The notes beneath the pieces are model-generated. The model worked only from the letters and a program-made list of their open reading frames with translations, did not search any database and was not told the origin of the DNA. This document shows, piece after piece, positions 53,539-64,000 of a DNA stretch of 64,000 nucleotides (the stretch's first letter is position 1; each line of letters starts with the position of its first letter). Source of the DNA: Salpingoeca rosetta (taxonomy: Eukaryota; Protista; Choanoflagellata); the NCBI GenBank assembly GCA_033442325.1, contig JAWQFM010000023.1, positions 1,018,533 through 1,082,532 on the forward strand, in the 5' to 3' direction. The position numbers and the translations under genes were made by a program.

Positions 53539-53784
53539 GCACCTTTGCCACCGAGGTGGGTGTTGACGAGCAGTTCCCTGCGGCCGTCGCCGTCCAGATC
53601 AATCACCTGAGAGAGGACCAAGAGAAGTTGGTGGGGTAAGACAGAGCAATGTGACACTGAGGCGGGTGCAACACATCCTGAAATGAGACGGAAGCACGAA
53701 CGCAACGAGAGAAGCAGCCACAGCAACACAGGCAGAGAGTGCAAGAGACAGGTACAACAACAACAACCAACCAACCAACCAACC

Positions 53785-53822
<38 letters not shown>

Positions 53823-55233
53823 CCGACCAACAACTGACCAACAACTGACCAACAACTGACCAACAACAACAACAACAACAACTTAAACAACAACAACAAC
53901 CAACCAACCAACCACCAACAACAACACACAATACCCTCCACACACATACGTTACTCGCAACCCCTCCCCGCCCAACTTACATGCACGTCCTCTGTTGAGC
54001 CGCACGTGCCGTCGACGACAAAGGACTGGAGGAATGTTCCGTTCTCGTTCAGTTGGTACATGGCAACCTTAGGGTTGAAGTATTGCGCGGCCACCACATA
54101 CAACACGCTCGCATCCGGAGCTGTTCAGTGGCAAGGGGGTCGGCGCGTGTCCACGTCATCAAGTGATGGTGATGTGAGCGAGGGTGCGCAGTGTGAAAGG
54201 CAGCCGAGTAGCTTGCTTACTCTGCGAAGGGGGAGTGGAGCTTGAACAAGCATGTACAAGTACAAAACCATGCAGCACGCATACCTTGCGGTGTGAAATC
54301 GGCCTGGCTGAGGAGTTTGAAGATGACTTCTGGCCCCTGTGTGATAACGTGCTCTTTCCACGGCACATTGCTGCAGTGTTGGAGATGAGAGGAAAGGAGC
54401 ATAGAGGAAGGGGTGGGATGGTGATTACAGCGTGTGAGAATGACATTTGTCGCGCGTTCCACGGGCGTGAACGCAGAAAGAGTACATGCACCATATAATC
54501 AGGCACACACGTGAACATAAACGCACACACACAGATACACACAGACACACAGACACATACACACACACACAGACACACACACACACAGACACACACAGAC
54601 ACACACAGACACACAGACACACAGACACACACACGCACGAGAGTGGGTTGGCTGGCGGCTGCTCGAGCCAGAGGAGCTCGCCGGTGCTGCGCCCGATGAT
54701 GGGTTTGTTGACACGCGCGGTGAGGAGGTCAAGGCGGCCGTCGTGGTTCATGTCCCGCCAGATACCCATGTGGTAGAAGTAGCCGTTCTTGTCCGTGGTG
54801 AGCTTCACGCATGAGGGGCTGCCTGAAAAGGGGTTGTAGATGATCGAGACACTGCCAGTCGACTTGCCTGCGCGGAGAGAGTGTTTATGTGTTGTTGTTG
54901 TTGTGTGTGTGTTAGAGTGGAAAGACAAGAAGAATGCATGCACGGTGCATGCTTTGGTGAGTGGCTCACACGGGCGTGTGTGGGTCTATCGTGGCAGCTG
55001 CTTGTTTGTCGTCATGCATGCATTGCTGGTGCCGTTTTCCTTCCTCACCTGGCACAAGAAAGCCGTCTGGCACAAGGATTGCGTCGTCGCGTCCAATGGT
55101 TCCAGGGGGCACATACGACACCTGTACACATGCGTTTGTCGTGTTGTTGCGTGTGTTTGTCTTTTCGCAGGAGCCTCACAAACACGATTGACGTATGAAC
55201 ATAGCCAAAGGATACACACATACACGCACACAC

Positions 55234-55282
<49 letters not shown>

Positions 55283-55598
55283 CAGACACACATAAACACA
55301 CGCACACACACACACGCTCAGACACACAGACACACACACACACACATTCGCGCACCTTGTTGGGCCATTTGAAGTCGCAGGAAAACTCCTTGAGCGTTGG
55401 GCTGGGCCAGTTTGCCGTCGTCAGGTTGAGCATGGCCACCTGGGGGCGGAGGCGGGCAAGGGAACAGCGGCCAGAGGTGGGAACAAGCGGGTGGGGAAAA
55501 GGAGGGGAGAGGAGGTGCAAGGGTAGACACAGACACACAGACACACGCACGCGCACACACCCACACCAAAAAAAAAAACCGTGCACACACACACACAC

Positions 55599-55686
<88 letters not shown>

Positions 55687-55713
55687 CTTGCCGCTGCCAA
55701 AGGGTTGGAAGGA
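52242..55713 (-). CDS. FG-GAP/VCBS-like repeat beta-propeller protein, N-terminus missing. Exons about 55713-55687, 55439-55356, 55121-55049, 54867-54640, 54366-54285, 54120-53981, 53606-53542, 52976-52748, 52486-52428, 52313-52242
   Basis: Ca-binding loops [11 protein letters not shown] and [12 protein letters not shown]; also [31 protein letters not shown]. Exons join in phase to TAG at 52244-52242. Confidence 0.75.
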
Positions 55714-55747
55714 TGGCATCCTTCCCTCTCCCCTGCATCCCGCTTGC

Positions 55748-56551
55748 CTTAAAGTGGATGGTCATTGGCTCTGGGTCCTTGTTCTCGCGTGCGCACATGG
55801 CGGTGTACAGGTCGTGAAACGCCGCCTTGTTTGTATCTGTGAGCGGGTGGAGGAACGTGGGCTGTGCGTGGGTGGTGAGGTTGCCGCCAAGGCGGTAGTC
55901 GACCTCGCTGCTCATGGCAATGACGCGCGTCTGCCGCTCTAGCAGAGCGATAAACGGCACAAACTGGCTGCGCTGGAGGCCGCCCTTGTACAGCTCTGGT
56001 GGCGGGCGGTTGGATGTGGCGACCAAGATTACGCCCCGCTCAAACAGCAGCGTGAACAGCCGCCGCAGGATCATTGCATCAGCAACATCCGTCACCTGGT
56101 GTGCGTGCGTGTGCGTGTGTGTGTGGGGGGGGGGAATGGATGGTGTGAGGAACGTCGTCGAAAAGTGTGCGTGTGTGTGTGCGCGCGCGTGTGTATGTAT
56201 GCGTGTGTTTTTGAGTGTGAAGGGAGCAACTCTGCAGCGATCGCGCTGTGCCGCCGCTGACCTGGAACTCGTCGAAGCAGAGCACCTGCGCCTCATCAAT
56301 GAGATCATCCGCAACTGGCGGCATGGGATCCGCAATGCCCTGCGATGACGGGGGATGGGAAAGGGAGAAGGGATCGTGGCATATGTGTGTGTGATGTGTG
56401 TGTGTGTGTGTGATGTGTGTGTGTGTGATGTGTGTGCATGTGTGTGTGTGTGTGATGCGTGCGTGTGTGCGTGATGAGCGGAGGTGCGAGACAGTACACA
56501 ATCACAGAACACGATGCGGCGTAGATGTGTTACTTACTTACACACACACAG

Positions 56552-56582
<31 letters not shown>

Positions 56583-56612
56583 GACAGATACAGACAGATA
56601 CAGACAGATACA

Positions 56613-56648
<36 letters not shown>

Positions 56649-57340
56649 TGAAACCACAGCGCGTCTGTTTCATCACTTTCAGACCAGCACACATGCAAAC
56701 CTACAGCAAGCTTCTTCTCGTGGATGCGCGCGTGCACGTCCAGCATAAAGGGGTGGAAGTGGGAGCGCAGCTTGCGCGGGGTCTTGACATGGTCATAGAA
56801 CACGTCCATCAGCATGGTCTTGCCGGACCCCACGCTGCCGTAGATGTACAGCCCCTGGGAATGCTCCGGCAGGTCGTTGATGCTTGTTGTCTGCCGGCCC
56901 TTGGACAGCCCAAATGCGCCCAGGAGCCGGGACGACCAGTGGGACGCCGGCTTCGAGGACCGCGCGTGGTGCGGTGGCGCCTCGTCCGGGACTGTGGCGT
57001 TGACGTGGGTGAGCAGCGCGTCCAAGGCGTCGCACAGCGTCACCTGCGCTGCGTTCTCCTGTAAGCGGTCAAGGCGGACCTGCTCATCGTAGTGAGCCCG
57101 CACGGGCCCAATCACCATCGGCACACCACTGTTGTCGTCGTTTGTGTCGTTGCTGCTGTTGCTGGTCGCCCTGCATGAACACGACGATGATGACAGCCAG
57201 CTCCGTGCTGTGCTGTGCACTGTCGCTACTGCTGCTGCCGCTGCGCCCTCTATTCTTCTCCCAGCGCTCACGCCCGTCACCACGCGCACCAGCCCTCTGC
57301 TGGCTGCCACTCGCATCATCATCATCATCATCATCATCAT
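55748..57340 (-). CDS. AFG1: AFG1/ZapE-like (LACE1) ATPase, N-terminal part only. Exons 57340-56705, 56339-56262, 56095-55748
   Basis: [19 protein letters not shown] (Walker A), [27 protein letters not shown] (Walker B), [23 protein letters not shown]. The expected C-terminal domain is absent. Confidence 0.88.
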
Positions 57341-57438
57341 CCTTTGCGCGTGGTTGGTGCGTGTGTGAGAAAAGCGCACACAACAAGCACAAGGCAAAGA
57401 AGGAAAAAAAAAAAAAAGGGGACACACACACGAGCACC
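57341..57438. promoter_or_regulatory. 98-bp putative bidirectional promoter between AFG1 and ANKRD40, containing an A-tract
   Basis: Divergent ATGs at 57340 and 57439; poly-A run at about 57404-57417. Confidence 0.55.
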
Positions 57439-58382
57439 ATGTCAAGTCTGCCAGTGCGTGTGCGACGCCAGGATGCGTTGATGGAAGCGGCGTGTGCAGG
57501 GGATCTCGACACTGTCACGACCTTGCTTCTCGCAGGCACGGACCCAAACACGGCCAACAAAGTTAACGGATGGTGAGTGTGTGTGTGTGTATGACTCATG
57601 AGAGTCCTGCTGCTGCTGTCTTGCTCGTCAGTCATCCCTTCTCCGCGCAGGGGTGGGTTGCTTCTGGCCTTGTCCTTCCCTCAGCCCTCATCGCTCTACC
57701 CCGGCCCCAACTACCCTGAACTCACTTCCACGTCGCTGCCACAAACAACACCGCACTCTTCCTGTGTCTTCTTCCACCTTCATCATCAACGCAGGACACC
57801 ACTGCACTGGGCTGCAAAGCGCGGACACAAGGCCGTCGTCGAGTGCTTGCTGCAAAACGGCGCAGACCCACAGCGCACAAACAAGGACGGCAAGACACCG
57901 GCAGACATCGTGCACCAGTCGTGCGCAGCGCTCTTTGGCGTGGACCCAGACGAGCAGCAGGAGAAGCAGACTGGCCCTGACGCCGACAAGCCCGGGTTTG
58001 TGCCATCCTACCTCAAGTACCCCGAGTTCTTCTACGCACGCGCACCCAAGCTGCCGACAGCACAGACGGACACGCAACAACGGGGCCAGGACGACAAAGG
58101 CGGCACGGAGCAGGAGAAGGGGGACGGCATGAACACGGCAGCACCTCAGGGCATGCCCCACACCGAACAGCCCAACGTGAGCACACCACCACCAGAAATG
58201 ACGGCCGACAACACCTTCTTTGACGTGGCCCTTGTACATGAGCGCCTTACCATCTCCGCCGTCGCTGTTCCGGGCACCACCCTCATCAAGGACATCATGA
58301 CCCAGCTCTACCCAAAGGCAACAGGGTGTGTTGTGGTGTGTGTGTGTGTGTGTGTGTGTTGTGTTGTGGTGTGTGTGTGTGT

Positions 58383-58460
<78 letters not shown>

Positions 58461-58895
58461 ACGCGCATTATTCCTGTACTCACACCACGCCCACCACCAC
58501 CTCACCATTTTACCATCCCACCATCCCACCATCACACCATCACCACCCCACCTTTCTTTTCTCCCGTCTGCAGCGCACCGGAACACATCTATGCGGACAA
58601 GGCGGCCGGCATCCGCCTGCTGCCGTCCCAGACGGTGTTTGAGGCGTTCAGGGGCCTCGCGCTGCGACAACAGCTCATGGCCGCGCACAGGAAGCAGCTG
58701 GAGAAGGAGCAGGCTTTGCAGCTGCAGCAGCAGGAGCAAAGTGGGGGCGACCACATCGCACAGTATCAACAGCAGCTGTCACAGCACCAGCAACTCACTG
58801 AGCAGCAGTCGGTGTTCACGCAGGACCTTGGTCAGTTGAGGGAGCCTTTACACACGCGCACCGGACACTACGCCCAGCTAGCCATCTTCGTCTAG
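57439..58895 (+). CDS. ANKRD40: ANKRD40-like ankyrin repeat protein. Exons about 57439-57572, 57795-58324, 58574-58895
   Basis: L.EAA..GD...V..L...G.D.N..NKVNGWTPLHWAAKRGH and the FVPSYLKYP motif typical of ANKRD40. Confidence 0.75.
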
Positions 58896-58899
58896 CACT

Positions 58900-58997
<98 letters not shown>

Positions 58998-59317
58998 TGA
59001 AAGAAGATACACTCGAGAGGATTGGGCACGCACGAGAAAAGAGCCAAGAAACGCGCCCGAGCACAACCCACACACATGCACAACTAAAAGTGGCATTGAA
59101 CGAATCAGAGTGGATTGGATGCACCAAACAACGGAACAAGTGATATCACACCACCACACGACCGTGACATTGCTACAAACTACATGAGAGGCCGGGAAGT
59201 GAAGCGAGGCGCGAGAGACATGGTCATTCACACATGCGCGACAGAGGGTTGTCTATGTGTCATCATGCACTCACAGAGTGAACCCTCGCCCGTTCATGTA
59301 TCAGCGGCTGAGTGTCC

Positions 59318-59358
<41 letters not shown>

Positions 59359-59891
59359 NNNNNNNNNNNNNNNNNNNNNNNNNNNNNNNNNNNNNNNNNN
59401 NNNNNNNNNNNNNNNNNNNNNNNNNNNNNNNNNNNNNNNNNNNNNNNNNNNNNNNNNNNNNNNNNNNNNNNNNNNNNNNNNNNNNNNNNNNNNNNNNNNN
59501 NNNNNNNNNNNNNNNNNNNNNNNNNNNNNNNNNNNNNNNNNNNNNNNNNNNNNNNNNNNNNNNNNNNNNNNNNNNNNNNNNNNNNNNNNNNNNNNNNNNN
59601 NNNNNNNNNNNNNNNNNNNNNNNNNNNNNNNNNNNNNNNNNNNNNNNNNNNNNNNNNNNNNNNNNNNNNNNNNNNNNNNNNNNNNNNNNNNNNNNNNNNN
59701 NNNNNNNNNNNNNNNNNNNNNNNNNNNNNNNNNNNNNNNNNNNNNNNNNNNNNNNNNNNNNNNNNNNNNNNNNNNNNNNNNNNNNNNNNNNNNNNNNNNN
59801 NNNNNNNNNNNNNNNNNNNNNNNNNNNNNNNNNNNNNNNNNNNNNNNNNNNNNNNNNNNNNNNNNNNNNNNNNNNNNNNNNNNNNNNNNNN

Positions 59892-60172
59892 GGGGTGTTG
59901 TGGGGGGAGATTTTCACGAGTGCACGCTCGGCTGAACACACCCTCTCTGGGGGGGGGGGTTTTTTTTTTAGGAAGGGGAGGAACAACAGCGCCGCTTTGT
60001 TGTTTGTCGTAGGGTGTTTTATCACCACCAAATCACGCCACCGGGGGGGGGGGGGTGTGAGTAGGAGTGAGAACGCCAGAGTGAGCCAGTGTCTCGCAGG
60101 CAGACCGACAGACAGACAGACAGTCGCACACACGCACACAGAGAGACACAAACACAGGCAGACACAAACAAA

Positions 60173-60245
<73 letters not shown>
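59892..60245. other. Degraded duplicate of 60660-61010 next to an assembly gap; probable misassembled read end
   Basis: Colinear similarity that decays toward the gap. Confidence 0.75.
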
Positions 60246-60249
<4 letters not shown>

Positions 60250-60268
60250 ACACATGCGAATCACTCAC

Positions 60269-63832
<3,564 letters not shown>

Positions 63833-64000
63833 CTGGAGGAGAAGGGGGAGGGGAGGGGAGGGGGTTGCATTTGCGGATGTTCATTCGTGTGGAGTTGTGT
63901 TTGCGTGGGGGGAAGAATTGCTGCATGTTGAGACTTGGAATGACAGACAGACAGACAGACAGACAGACACTGACACAGACAGACAGATAGACAGACAGAC

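Overview
Eukaryotic, GC-rich, intron-dense draft sequence with GT-AG introns full of CA/GT, GTGA/TCAC and TTG microsatellites, and eight N gaps. The style and gene set suggest a choanoflagellate such as Salpingoeca (inference, not verified). Manual splicing gives about 16 protein-coding genes or fragments whose strands alternate almost perfectly: a low-complexity protein with candidate PP1-docking motifs (-), TPC1-like two-pore channel (+), intronless RlmN-family radical SAM methyltransferase with a C-terminal hydrophobic tail (-), CCT1/TCP1-alpha (+), ERK-type MAPK (-), GLTP (+), ESS2/DGCR14 (-), TYW1 (+), a large low-complexity K/R- and polyQ-rich gene (-), gamma-COP (+), ATG18/WIPI (-), a repeat/coiled-coil/TKL-kinase/PARP-like ADP-ribosyltransferase fusion (+), an FG-GAP propeller protein abutting a truncated AFG1 ATPase (-), ANKRD40-like (+), and an unidentified multi-exon gene (-). 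The best candidate for an undescribed system is the kinase-ART fusion at 47467-51794. Other leads are the tail-anchored RlmN, the RGG/poly-Asp TPC N-terminus, the AFG1/FG-GAP junction, the head-to-head gene pairing, and splice-signal-like intron microsatellites. No rRNA, tRNA, CRISPR array or mobile element was recognised. Exon boundaries were read by eye and may be off by a few bases.
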